From positions 260,648,001 through 260,712,000 of the forward strand of contig OZ024740.1 in NCBI GenBank assembly GCA_964016885.1: a stretch of 64,000 nt of DNA. The letters are read 5' to 3'. Source of the DNA: Eledone cirrhosa (Eukaryota). Position 1 is the first letter of the stretch. Each line of letters opens with the position of its first letter. Below, piece after piece: positions 1 to 12,011 of the stretch. The notes under the pieces were generated by a model that was not told the origin of the DNA, did no database searches, and was given only the letters and a program-made list of their open reading frames with translations. The position numbers and the translations under genes are program-made.

Positions 1-87
1 GTGGTAAGCTTTTATTTAACCCTTGTCACCAATATTTCCAGCAAGAAAACATATTACCTTCATGTTTTAATTAGAAAAAATAATCCA

Positions 88-400
88 GAATACCAAGACT
101 TGTCTGACTTGACTACTTCCTCTTAGTACTGGTCACCATCGAGACCTCTGGTGTCCTTGATCCCTGCACTGCCGATTTCTGTCACAAAATCAGAAATACA
201 GCAGCCCACCTGAAGAAGGATCCTCGTGAGATGAGGAAGCTGTTGCAGCAGGTGTTGCTGGCCTTTCTCCGTGGCAATGCCTTCACCATTCTGTCTATGG
301 AGCACAGCTGAATCACCGAGCAGACAGAGGTGTAGAGTCTGTCCTTCCCTCCCTCTCTCCATTTCCTTCGTTGCTTAATTCTCTTTTTTTTCTTTTTCTC
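88..400 (+). mobile_element. 3' end of CRE-clade (restriction-like endonuclease) non-LTR retrotransposon, decayed
   Basis: + strand translation DYFLLVLVTIETSGVLDPCTADFCHKIRNTAAHLKKDPREMRKLLQQVLLAFLRGNAFTILSMEHS* follows the CRE-type C-terminal pattern (FxPxxxETxG...DPRE..L.Q.xS.A..RGNA..IL); related copies at 6325 and 17190. Confidence 0.7.
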
Positions 401-513
401 CTACCCAGAAATATGAGTTTAGTGAAACAATTAACTTTCAACTTGACAATAAATGACAAATATTTCACCCGTTTGTAACGAGATTTCTAATGAAAGACTC
501 TCTATTTCAATTA

Positions 514-683
514 CCATATTTCCCGGTGTTGAAGACGCTACATTTTTCCTAAAATAATTGTCAAAAATCTACCATGCGCCCTGGAGGCCAAAGGTTGTTT
601 ATTATTTTTTTTTTCAAATTTTTGGTTGTCAAAATTAGGGTGCGTCCTCGAGGATGAAGTGTCTCCGGTGCCGGGAAATATGG
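514..683. mobile_element. Tigger/pogo-like MITE (Tc1/mariner superfamily)
   Basis: TIRs CCATATTTCCCGG / CCGGGAAATATGG, with TA on both sides (512-513, 684-685). Confidence 0.8.
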
Positions 684-747
684 TAATTAATGACAAATTT
701 TAAGGGATTTATTAAAATTATTAATTATGTTGTTACTAAGATAATTG

Positions 748-918
748 TTTCTACTTTTTGGCACAAGGCCAGCAATTACCCAGTACATTACTGGTACTTT
801 ATTTTATCGACCCCGTAAGGATGAAAGGCAAAGTTAACCTCGGCGGGATTTGAACTCAGATCATAAAGGGACATAACTATGCTAGAAAGCATGGCGTCTG
901 ACCCTCTACCGATACTGT
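748..918 (-). mobile_element. SINE family 2 (tRNA-like head, ...AAAGTACCAGT... body)
   Basis: Near reverse complement of 25253-25425; B-box GAGTTCAAATCC on the minus strand; further fragments near 1060, 6810, 9310, 37275, 53870, 59210. Confidence 0.75.
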
Positions 919-1239
919 GGAAGATTTTCATTTAATTAGGAACCTTTTAAAATGGGTTGTTTTGTTTCATAGAATCAGAGATGGTTTTGGTCAGGCTGCT
1001 ACCAAAAAGGTTAACCATTGAAATCTAATATTATCTGTCACCTAATAAAGGTTGCCGATTTATGCATAAGGCCAACTTTTTTTTTTGTAGGGGAGAGGAA
1101 GGTCGATTAAATCAACCTTAGTGTATTACTGGTACTTTATTTTATCAACCCCATAATTAGGGAAAGCAAAGCAAGCCTCAGTGGGATTTGAAATATGTCA
1201 TGAATGAATATTTTAGTTTTTGTTATTTTTATATGTATT

Positions 1240-1353
1240 TCTGTTTCATCCTTCTCTCTCTTCCCCTCTCTCTCTCCCTCACCTCTCATCGTGTCTCCCC
1301 CTCCTCTCACTCACTTATCATGTCTCCCCTTCCTCTCTCTCTCTTGTCTCCTC

Positions 1354-1387
<34 letters not shown>

Positions 1388-1790
1388 GCATTATTAACTG
1401 GACCAGAAAGAAAGAGGTATGTGGATGTGGGTGTATTTGTGCCTATGTGCATATGTATGTTAAATGATGATGATGATGTATGTGTGTTTGTGTGTGTGAG
1501 AGTGTATGTAAACATGTGTATTAAGTGAAGGTGATGATGATGTGTGTGTATGTGAGTGAAAGTGTGTGTCAGTATGTATGTGTGTAAGTGTGTGTATGTG
1601 TGAGTATGTGAGTAAGTGAGTGAGTGTATGTGTATATGATTGTGTGTGTATGAGTGTATGTTTGTATGTGAGTGCATGTTTGTGAATGTGTATGAGTATG
1701 TGTTTATGTGTGTGTATGTGAGTGTATGTGTGTGAGTGTATATGAGTAAGTGTATGTGTGTATGCAAGCATGTGTATGTATGTGTGTATC
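1240..1790. repeat. Compound (CT)n and (GT/GTAT/GAGT)n microsatellite
   Basis: Directly visible; explains the low-complexity ORFs at 1188-1822. Confidence 0.95.
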
Positions 1791-2243
1791 AGAGCTCTGT
1801 TAAAAGTAATAACCCCAGCCAAAATAAACAGCCATATTCAATATGTATAAAGAAAGTAATTACCATATGTATCCTGGGGTCAAATTGATTAACCCTTTCA
1901 TAATCACACTGACAATTAAATACACCAACTCTGTGTGTATATATATGTGCATGTGAGTGTATATGTCTGTGTATGTATGTATGTATATAGGTAGGTGTAT
2001 GTATGTGTGTTTCTATTGTTAAAATAATTAAGAAATTGGAGGGATTTAGTAAAATAACAAAGCTTTTCATTTTAGCACATTTGATAGCAACCCACCCCCA
2101 AAACTAGCTCTGCTTCTGTGATATAAAACCCACCCAAAACTAACTCTGTTTCTATGATATAAACTAAATAGGGTGTATTTCATTAGAAATGTGATAATGA
2201 AAGGGTTAAAGTTAATGTTTAGAATATCACTTTTTTAAAGTTT

Positions 2244-3915
2244 CATCAGAAGGAGGCTTACAAAACTTGGCTTGGAAATAAGTCCTCCTTCTTGCACTTA
2301 CAAGCAGGCATGAAGAATCACAGCAGAGAAAGTAAAGGTATCCAAAGTTAAAACATGGGAGGACTTTGGGGTTAAGCTGGAATCCGACTTCAGATCAGAA
2401 AATAAAGTGTTCTGGCAGACATCTGCTGATTTCATAAAGAGAAGCCCTCCTCCACACCTACTATCAAGAACGCCTATGGGGTTCTCCTCTCTTCAGAAAG
2501 GTGCATCCTCATGAGGTGGAGAGAATACTTTGCTGATCACCTAAACCTAAACACAACAGGGTCTTCAGCTGTACACAAGGTACATTTGGGAGCAGTGACT
2601 AATATCTCAGAGGTTGAGGTCGCATGAGCAGTTAAAGAGCTCAAATGTGGCAAAGCTGCTGGGGAAGATGAAATCTGGCCCGAGAAGTTAAAAGCCTTAA
2701 ATAGAGAAGGTATTCTCTGGCTGACTCATGTGTACTGGGTGGCCTGGATCTCTGGAAGGCACCAAAGCAATGGCAATTGGGAGTGATAATCTCAATTTTC
2801 AAAAAATGGAGACAAAAGAGATTGTTCCAATTACAGAGGGATCATCTTATTAAGCGTCCCCGGTAAAGTCTATTCTGAGTGTCTGGCAAAGAAATGGAAA
2901 GTGATTGTCGAGCCCAAGCTAGCCGATGAACAGTGTGGTTTTCACCCTGAATGCAGCACAGCTGACCAAATATTCAGACTGCGGCAGGTCTTCGAGAAAA
3001 GTTGGGAGTATTGCCAAGAAGTATATTCTTGTTATGCTGACCTTGAAAAGGCATATGACCACGTTCCTTGGGACCTGTCGTGGAAGGCTGTGCAGGAGTA
3101 TGGGATCGATGGTCAGCTTCTTGCTGCCCTGTTGTCTCTATACGAATGCCTAAGTATTTTTTTTTTCAGATAAATGGTGCTAAATCAAAACCATTGAATG
3201 TGGGAGTCAGACTCTGCCAAGGGTGCGTACTGTCATCTCTCCTGTTCATTATTTATGTGAACAGGATTGACATGCACAGCCAGGTTGGAAGTGGTATCAA
3301 CACTATCGGGTGTAAAATCGGTCGGATGGAATTTGCAGACGATAACGTTACTTAACTCAACAGAAGATGATCTTCATCTTGCACTCGATAGGTTTGATCC
3401 CAAGTGCTGCATGGCTGGAATGAAAATCAGTGTTGCGAAAACTGAGACACTCATCCTCTCAAGCAAGCCTGCACATTGGACTCTACATGTGAATAGAGTT
3501 CCCTGAAGAAGGTGGTGAAGTTCAAGTATATCAGGGGTCGTATTCACAAGTGATGGAAGGCAAGAAGCTGAATTAAGTGCAAGAATTACAGGAGCTGGTG
3601 CAGTAATGCGCCAGTGTCAGTATTCAGTAATCAGAAGAAAGGTTTTAGGTGCAAAAGCCAAACTCACTATATTCAATTCGGTATTCGTGCCAACCCTTAC
3701 CTATGGTCATGAATCTTGGGTAATGACTGAAAGAATATGATCGCAAATACAAGCAGCTGAAATGGAGTTCCTCCGAAGGGTCTTTGGAGTAACGTTACTG
3801 GATAGAGTACGTAGCTTGGTGATCAGAGAGTCACTCTAGATAGATCTGCTACTTCTCCGATTTGAGAGATTACAGCTCTGATACTAAGGGCATGTGGTTA
3901 GAATGTTTCAGGGAA
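2244..3915 (+). mobile_element. RTE-clade LINE (Expander/Rex3-like), RT region, decayed
   Basis: Frameshifted ORFs with EQCGF, QIFRLRQVFEKSWEY, DLEKAYDHVP, GVRLCQGCVLS, EFADD; similar to 34668-37466. Confidence 0.9.
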
Positions 3916-4420
3916 GATGGGATGGGTTCTATTCAGCACAGCATCTCTCCACTTGTCACGGTCCTTCGTCATCTCCTCCGTGAGCTTCAGTGATCTGAGG
4001 TTTGCTTTCACCACCTCCGCCCATGTTTTTTGTGGTCTTCCTCTACTGCGTCTTCCTTTTACTGGGATTTCTTGGCACTTCTTTACCCAGCGATCATCCT
4101 CCATGCGCATCACATGTCCATTCCATCGCAGTCTTCTCTCCCGCACACTACAACTCATCCCTCTTATACACAGTTTCTCTCTCAACTCATCTATGCATGG
4201 TCATTCACACACATTGACATTGTACATCCAACGGAGCATGCTTGCTTCATTTCTCTCCAGCCATCGCATATGCTCTGCAGTTGCTGCCCATGTCTCACTA
4301 CCATGTAGCATCGTGCATCTCACACAGGCATCATATAACTGGCCTTTCATTCGCAGGGAGAAACCCTTCTTCCGTCAACAGAGGAAGCAGCTCCCTAAAC
4401 TTCTTCCAACCCATCCTTAT
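3916..4420 (-). mobile_element. RTE LINE family B, 3' fragment
   Basis: ORF 3898-4185: RRLRWNGHVMRMEDDRWVKKC...GRRSRGRPQKTW...DRDKWR, a typical RTE C-terminus. Confidence 0.9.
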
Positions 4421-4429
4421 TCTATATAT

Positions 4430-4690
4430 ATAAACAAGATGGCGTAGGACAGAACAAAGGAGAGTCACAAAAACAAAGAAAAGAATCCCCAGTCACTGAA
4501 GAGGTCACAGAATGTGTGATGAAAGAACTTTGACAATATATATATGAACAATCGTCTGGTTGTGGAACCAACCAACCAACCGGAAATTTATAAATTCCTA
4601 AATTTATAAATTAAATTTATAATAAATTGAAGTGAAAGTAACTGGTGCATGTGTTTCTTATTGGCAACATGACCCTCCCAAAGTATAACA
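4430..4690 (+). mobile_element. Short dispersed repeat (Penelope pLTR-like) with minimal hammerhead at 4492-4534
   Basis: GTCA-CTGAAGA-GGTCAC..GTGAT-GAAAGAACTT-TGAC; reverse-complement copies at 27690-27895 and 28245-28400. Confidence 0.7.
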
Positions 4691-4691
4691 A

Positions 4692-4723
<32 letters not shown>

Positions 4724-5159
4724 ATTCATCATCATCAATATCATTTTTATGGCACTTATCCATGTTTGTAATAATTTATAATTATATTACAAGAATATAC
4801 TTGTTGCCTGGGTTAGTTAATGGATAGAGTGTTTGACTCGCAATCATGAGGTCATAGGTTCGATTCCTGAATTGTTTGGCATGTTAAGATCTTGAGCGAA
4901 TTGCTTCATTTGATGTTGCTTTTCCTGATATAAATGTGGCACTTATCATTAAAATGCCTTAGAAATGTCCTCTAAGATACAACCTCTTAGTAGGAGGAGG
5001 TTAGCTAAGCCTCTTTAGTTGTAAGCTGTAAACTGATTATATTTTCACATATACCTTAAAACAGGATGTTTAACTATGACTATTCTGAAATATATAAACA
5101 TTTACTATCTTTATATATAGTTATAATCTGTTCTGTCTCTCTCTCACTCTCTCTATCTA

Positions 5160-5190
<31 letters not shown>

Positions 5191-5354
5191 CCTTCCTCTC
5201 TCTTTCTCCCCCTCTCTCTTTCTCCTTCTCTCTCTTTCTTTATACAAAAACACATCTGCACATACCTGTTGATGTTTTATATACATTTTATTATAGAAAT
5301 GACTTCTACAGGGCTAAAACTGTTTACTTTGTAAGAAATCATCAGGAAAGCCCT

Positions 5355-5409
5355 ATGATTTCCTGATGATTTCTTACGAATGAAACAGTTCTAGTCCTGT
5401 AGAAATCAT
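5355..5409 (+). ncRNA. Type I hammerhead ribozyme inside a ~150 bp fold-back element (5279-5430)
   Basis: Stem I ATGATTTC/GAAATCAT (8 bp), core CTGATGA, stem II TTC/GAA with loop TTAC, GAA, stem III ACAG/CTGT, cleavage triplet GUA at 5399-5401. Confidence 0.75.
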
Positions 5410-5542
5410 TTTTATAATAAAACGAATATACCTACACTCTACTGATGTATCTAGTGTATTGAGTACCTTTTTTTAACAGTTGCCCCCCCCCCCACTATCG
5501 ATTTACAGTGGGATCCTACATATTATGTGTATGTATAGACAG

Positions 5543-5662
5543 TGGAGGCGTGTGGCTGAGTCGTTAGAGAATTGGATTCGCAATCGTGAGGTTGTGAGTT
5601 CGATTCCTGGACCAGGCGTTGCGTTATGTCCTTGAGCAAGACACTTTATTTCACGTTGCTCC
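5543..5662 (+). mobile_element. SINE family 1 head (tRNA-like plus CORE-like domain), truncated
   Basis: TGGCTGAGTCG A-box, GAGTTCGATTCC B-box, then TCCTTGAGCAAGACACTTTATTTCAC. Confidence 0.75.
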
Positions 5663-6258
5663 TTCTACCTGGAGTTGCGACCGATAGAGAGTATTAGCAA
5701 TTGGAAAGACCAATGGAAACATTGTTTCCTCGGTCCGATTTGACGAAAGTCGGTCGATCCTTTTATAGACATGAATCATCTCACCTAGCGATTAGTGTGT
5801 TGGACTCTGGTCATAACTTCATGGGTTCAATTCATGCACAAAGCAGATTATTTTGTCCTTTAGAAAAATTTGTTTTATTTAACATTGTTTTTCATGATAG
5901 GACTAGGGGCCTTATCGTTAAAACACCCAGGAAACCTTATAGGGAGCAAGAGAAACTTGCATAGGCGGGAGCTGTAAATTTGATTAAATGTTGTTTTTTT
6001 TTTACCTTTAAGCATACACTAATGAAAAAATATTGATATCCTGTTGGTTCTATTTCTTGCATGTCAAGTAACCATGTAGAGGCTTTTCACATTGCTTTGA
6101 ATAACACCCACAAAATACACACGTCACTCACACTTTTTCTTTTCCTCCTCTCTGTTATTTAGCGACATCAAATCCTCTCATGATGTCATGTCATGCTGTG
6201 ATAGTGGATTTCTAATTGGTCTCAGTCAGAAAACTTACAACCAGACACATGTATTTCT

Positions 6259-6792
6259 TTAACCCTCTTTACCATATTTCTATTGAAACACATACACTCT
6301 ATAATTTTCGAATAACTTGGAAAATAATCAGAAAGATGGTGGCCTGCGTGTGGAGGGAGCTCCATGAAGTGGGGTGGCTGTTGCAGCAGGTGTCTCTTTC
6401 CATTCTCCACAGTAATGCCTTTGCCATTTTGTCTGCAGGGTGCAGCTGAAGAACCACTCAGACTGGAGTGTAGTGTTTGTCCTCACCCCCTTTTCCCTTT
6501 CTTTGATGCATAATTCTTTTTTTTGTTCCCTTTAATAGTGTGTTTCGTTTTTGTATAAACAGCTTTGTAAAATAAAACAGACATTTCACTAAAGTTTAAA
6601 TAAAGTTTCACTCTAAAACTTTTTTTAAAAAAGTTCAGCTTAGTGAATGAAAGTATCAAAAATGAAGCTGGTGTTTGGAACATAATTTAACAAAGGTTTT
6701 CACATAAAATTATGATGGAAGGTTTTTAAGATAAACAGTTTTGCATTATAGAATCAGGGGCCATATCAGGTGGTTTGATATCAAAGGGTTAA
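6259..6792. mobile_element. TTAA-type MITE containing a CRE-like 3' fragment (~6325-6530)
   Basis: TTAA-CCCT ... AAAGGG-TTAA; internal frame KMVACVWRELHEVGWLLQQVSLSILHSNAFAILSAGCS*. Confidence 0.65.
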
Positions 6793-6943
6793 TATTATAT
6801 GTAAGGCAGCAAATTGACTGAGTTAGAATATCTCATGGTATTTGTACCAGTTCCTTTTGCTCTCAGTTCAAATTCTGCCAAGGTAAAATTTGCCTTCTAT
6901 TCACTTGGAGGGAGTGGGTAAAATAAAGTGCCAGTCCATGGAG

Positions 6944-6980
<37 letters not shown>

Positions 6981-7134
6981 GTATATGCAGCAATTCTTTG
7001 CTTAAACTTTAATCTGTTCTTATAATAAATATTTGCTCTAAGGGTTTTTATATATATTTTCTTTATATATATATATATATATAATCCTTATCGACTCCTC
7101 TTCGGATTTTAGTCTTCGCATTTATTATTACTAT

Positions 7135-7473
7135 CATTTCATCATTTCACTTTACGTCCACTTTTCCCTGCTTGCAAGGGTGGGACGGGAACTGATTCTG
7201 GCTTGATTTCTACAGCTGGATGCCCTTCCTAACACCAACCTCATTTACAGTGAGTGCTGGGTGCTTTTTTGCCGTGGCACCTCCACGACCACTTTGCAGT
7301 GGAATGATAGGGACCCCAGTCCCTATCATCTCATTTCTACAGCTGAGTAAACTGGAGCAATGTGAAATAAAGTGTCTTGCTCAAGGAAACAACACATCAC
7401 CCAGTCTGAGAATTGAACTCACAACCTTTTGATTGCAAGGCCAATGCTCTAACCACTAAGCCATGTGCCTCCA
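7135..7473 (-). mobile_element. SINE family 1, full length
   Basis: Near-identical to 16455, 44527 and 57099 copies; Pol III A/B boxes, CORE-like segment, RTE-B-derived tail, (GAT)n. Confidence 0.9.
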
Positions 7474-7700
7474 TATATATATATATATATATGGTGGTCG
7501 GGATTTTACATCTTGCTCTCTCTCTATATATATATATATATACACTCACCCTTAGCAAGGCAATAAAGCCACTAAAATGCAAGGAGTTACTGAGAAGGGA
7601 GAAGAACAAGGCAGAGGGAACGTAATTCAAGGGGAGAGAGGATTGATGTTGCTTTTATATATTTTATATGTTTATATATTTTTTTTATTTTATTTTACAG

Positions 7701-7726
7701 ATTTGATAGCTGGTGAATAATCAAAG
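7701..7726 (+). other. Candidate non-coding (5'UTR) micro-exon
   Basis: Acceptor tttttattttattttacag, donor AAG/gtaagg; 26 nt with stop codons in all three frames. Confidence 0.45.
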
Positions 7727-8715
7727 GTAAGGTTCTAAATATATTTTCTTTTACTATGTCAACCTGCTAGAAATAGCAACCAATTTCCTCTCAATAACAT
7801 TTTAACATCTTAATAAAATGAAGAACAAATTAAATTATTTAGTCTTGGATGCTTCTAAAATGATGGGACTTCCATGGCTTCTACTTGGTCAGAGTTTATC
7901 CAGGACTAAACAACAACAAAAAAACATTATTTTCTCATCATCAAACATCTATTTGACCATACTGGCACTGGTTATATAGAAAAATTTCAAAACATTATAT
8001 GTTTAAGAAGTCTACTGTTAGGATCAAACTCATGACTCCTGGTTTACAAGACCACTACTCTCACCACAGAATTTGTTGTTTTGGGGGTTTTGTTTTTTTA
8101 TCAAGTAGTCTGATGACAAGGAGGGGCAGTACCCCATAGTTTTCATAGGGGGTGAGAAGGGATTCCTACCGGGGTAAGAGTAGTAAGAAACTCTCAAGAA
8201 ACCCACTCCACTTGAGCGAGTGTTTTGTCCCTTAACTTCTTGGTGGTGGGAAGGGATTCCTACAGGGGTGAGATAGATGTGATCAATGTTTAGTTTGAAC
8301 TTCCATAAGTCAATGTCTCCAGGAAAATAGGAAGAGCAGAGAGAAGTATTCCAGGTGGATTTCTGTTATGAGGATTTGGGATAAAATGGGACTTGGCTCA
8401 GAAACAAAACTTTGATTCATTGAGATGATAAACTCTATAAAAAAGGTGGCACCATATTGTTAGACGGAAAAAAAAAAAAAAGGAAAAGAGCCAATCATCA
8501 GATCAGATGAAAGAAACAATGTTTTCATTGGTCTTTCCATTGCTGAGACTATCTGTCAAAAGGAGGTAGGATTTGAACTCAGAATGCACAGAATTGAATC
8601 ATATACCATAAAACATCTTGTCTAACTTAGCAATTCTGCCAACCCACCCTCCACCTGCTGGACTGGTGCTTTATTTAACAAACACCAGAAGGCAAAGTTA
8701 ACCGTGACAGGCATT

Positions 8716-8959
8716 TTAAACCCTTTTGTTACTGTATTTCTTATGAAAAACATTGCCAATGATTTTAAAATAGTTTTGAAAATAATTAAGAATTTGAAGA
8801 GATTTAGTAATATAACTAATCTCATTATTAAGTTGGTATTTGGAGCATAACTTAAAGAGTTTTTCGATAAAATTATGATGGAAGGTTTTTAGATAAACAA
8901 ACAGTTTTGTATCATAGAACCAGGGACAACTTCAGGTAGTTTGGTATTGAAAGGGTTAA
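8716..8959. mobile_element. TTAA-type MITE (~240 bp)
   Basis: TTAAA-CCCTTT ... AAAGGG-TTAA; similar to the other copies. Confidence 0.7.
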
Positions 8960-9789
8960 TTTGATATTCTACCGATTCTATCAATTTGTTATTAGATAAA
9001 GGAAATTTAATATTAGTGAATTGGGAACCTATATTTCACAGAATCATCACAGCATGACGCAACCATAACAAATCAACCATATTTGAGTTTATGCACCAAC
9101 AAACAATGTGGTTGATGAAGCAAAAGAAAACTTTTACTTTCTGTTAAATGCCACATTAGAGGAAATAGTTAAATATGGCATTGTAATTTTTTATGAGTGA
9201 CTTTAACCATTTGGATAACCAAACCATCCAAAAAACCACTTAAAGGGTTCCAATTTAGTTCTTAACATCCTGTAATGATTTAATAGAAAATATTCAGAAA
9301 CAATATGCGCCGAATTGGCAGAGTTGTTAGAACGTCGGTTAGAGTGCTTTATGGTATTTGTTCCAGCTCTCTGCTCTTTAAGTCCAACTTTGCTTTCATC
9401 CTTTTGAGGTCAATAAAAGTACCAGTCTAGTATTGGGGTTGATTCTTCTGCTATATCTCTTTCTCACTGAGTACCACTGAGCCTTATAGGATCACAGATT
9501 TATTCAGTAGTTTCCTGCGATCAATAAATAAACAACTAAACATTTATGCTGTATAGTGGCATTGCAGACATACCCAAAGCAATGGAGATGTTATGACCTG
9601 CCATAGGGTGTTATGACCTGCCACATGATTTGACATGCGTGGGTGTGGATAGTCTAGTAGAAAATGCAGGTTTAGTAATTTTCAGAGTAAGAAATGTAAA
9701 AATCTAGATTTGTCAACTTACCAAACCAGAAGTTGAAATAATTTTGTTTGAGTGAATGGGGACACATAATTGGAGGAAGGGGTGTACAT

Positions 9790-10472
9790 TATGGGGTGCT
9801 AAATACCCAGGTACACATTGTAGGACTAGCCTAGGGTGCTAAATACCCAGATACACATTGTAGGGCTTGTGTAGGACACTAAATACCCAAGTACACATTG
9901 TAGAGCTAGCCTAGGGTACTAAGTACCCAGGTAAACATTGTAAAGCTAGCCTAGGGTGCTAAATGCCCAGGTAAAAATTGTAGTGCTTGCCTAGGGTGCT
10001 GAATACCCAGGTCTGCATTGTACAGCTAACCTAGTGTACTAAATACCTTGGTTCACAACGTAGAACTAGCCTAGGGTGTTAAATACCCAGGTATACATTG
10101 TAGAGCTAGCCTAGTGTGCTAAAGACCCAGTTACATGTGGTAGTGGTAGCCTAGGGTGCTAAATACCCAGGTACATATTGTAGTGCTAGCCTAGAACACT
10201 GAATACCTAGGTACACATTGTAGAGCTAGCCTAGAGTGCTAAATACCCAGCTATACATTGTAGTGCTAACCTAGGGTATATGACTAGCCAAGGACACTAA
10301 ATACCCAGGTACACACTGTAGTGCTAGACTGAGGTGCTAAATACCCAGGTACACACTGTAGTGCTAGACTGGGGTGCTAAATACCCAGTACACACTGTAG
10401 TGCTAGACTGGGGTGCTAAATACCCAGATATACATTGTTGGGCTAGCCTGAGGTGCTAAATACCCAGGTACC
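9790..10472. repeat. 40-bp minisatellite, about 17 units
   Basis: Unit CTAGGGTGCTAAATACCCAGGTACACATTGTAGAGCTAGC, period 40 (9831, 9871, 9911...). Confidence 0.95.
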
Positions 10473-11648
10473 AAGTTTGAGATGATAGAAACAATTTATT
10501 TGAAACTGACTGTGTGTTGTGACGAGCAGGCATTGGTGTAGATCATGACTTGGTAGAAATAGTTATTGAGATAAAAAATAAAGATTTTAATCTTATAAAA
10601 AAAAAACGATTTTTTAAATTGATATTTGCTAAGCTAATGAAAGTGTCTATGTTATGAGCTGGACCTAAAAATGCTATGGTACATTAAAGAAAGGCAGAAA
10701 TATGTGAGTAAATTAGATGACATTACAATTGAGACAGCTGGAAATAAATTGGAAAGGAAGAGAAGGGAGAAAAAAACATAAAGATCAGTGGGTATTGCCA
10801 GAGAGAGATACGGGGGGTGGGGGGTGTAGATAAGTGGTGAGAGAGGAAGAGATAGCAGAGAGAGGAGGTGAGAGAGATACCATACAGGATGTTAAAGAGA
10901 TGTATAAGGAATTTTGTAGGGAAGTAAAGAAATGTGAGCTGAAAACCAGGCAGAAACTAGAGAAAGTACCTCTATATGAAATACATTCTTTGGCTTCTGG
11001 CCCATAAACATGCTTTCTTCCTTTTGCCTCTTCTACCACTACTACAATTCCTTGAAACTTGCTTTCCAAAAAGTGTGGATCTGCATCATTTTACTAGGAA
11101 CTATTGTCTTCAAGAGACCTCTCTACCCTGTCTTACCAAAACTACGCAGCTATGCCTCTCTATTCAGACATACCTCTCTATTCAGATGAACCTTTCTACC
11201 CTCCAATATACTCTACTCCAATCCTACCAACACCATCCAGTGATTTCAAGGGTAATATCAACCCCTGCCCCCTCACAACACACACATACATATATGTTAT
11301 CTTCAGTTAAGTATATTTGTATGTCTCTATCTATGTGTTGCCCTTAGTAATAATATGTCAACTAGTTTTTATCTTTCTCCGTGTCCTCTGCTCAATACAC
11401 AAGATTGACATATTTCACTGTCCAAACACATCCCTTACAGGAGACCAGACACACTCCCCCTTACAGGAGACTAAACTCCCAACCCCTATAGATGACCAGA
11501 CCACCAGTGAGGGTTTAACTAAATACATCTAATCTTCACTTCACTACCAAAGTAGATTAATCACTTTCAGAGTTTACACATTCTTTACATGAATCTATTG
11601 CACATTATATATATATATTTGGAAAGTGAACAACACAAAATATAACTA

Positions 11649-11716
11649 CTCCATTACCAAAGGTTTCTGGACCCCAGACAATAATAATATACGTCTGCAT
11701 CGGTCGTCAGACAGAG
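11649..11716 (-). ncRNA. Hammerhead ribozyme-like fold
   Basis: Minus strand: CTCTGT-CTGACGA-[stem II incl. CAGAC/GTCTG]-GAA-ACC TTT GGT-A-ATGGAG; base of stem II imperfect. Confidence 0.6.
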
Positions 11717-11759
<43 letters not shown>

Positions 11760-11761
<2 letters not shown>

Positions 11762-11920
11762 ATGATAATAAATTTGAAGACTAAAATCCAAAGAGGGCTC
11801 AATAAGGATAAATATATATCAAATATATAAGAACCGTAGAGTAAATATTTCAGAAGATCCCGTTAAAGGTGAAAGCAGCGATTCTTTGCTTAAACTTTAA
11901 TCTGTTATTTTAATAAATAT
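11760..11920. mobile_element. Rearranged copy of the fold-back repeat family also at 6985-7130 and 12615-12850
   Basis: Shares CAGAAGATCC..GGTGAAAGCAGCGATTCTTTGCTTAAACTTTAATCTG; its first half is the reverse complement of the family 3' end. Confidence 0.75.
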
Positions 11921-11940
11921 ATATATACACATACACATAC

Positions 11941-11971
<31 letters not shown>

Positions 11972-12011
11972 AATACACATATATATATATATGTATATAT
12001 ATACATATATA

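Larger units (their letters stand above)
16..1014. mobile_element. TTAA-flanked (piggyBac-like) MITE copies with nested CRE, Tigger-like and SINE insertions
   Basis: Begins TTAA-CCCTT (16), ends AAAAGG-TTAA (1014); internal sequence similar to copies at 6259, 8716, 23901, 51549, 54879. Confidence 0.6.

Noticed and set aside
1188-2070. ORFs rich in HT/YI/SL dipeptides (also near 13.0, 16.3, 27.6, 33.2, 37.8, 51.2 and 52.0 kb)
   Set aside because: Translations of microsatellites
8105-8210. Hammerhead starting at CTGATGA (8111)
   Set aside because: Could not build stems I and III around the downstream GAAAC
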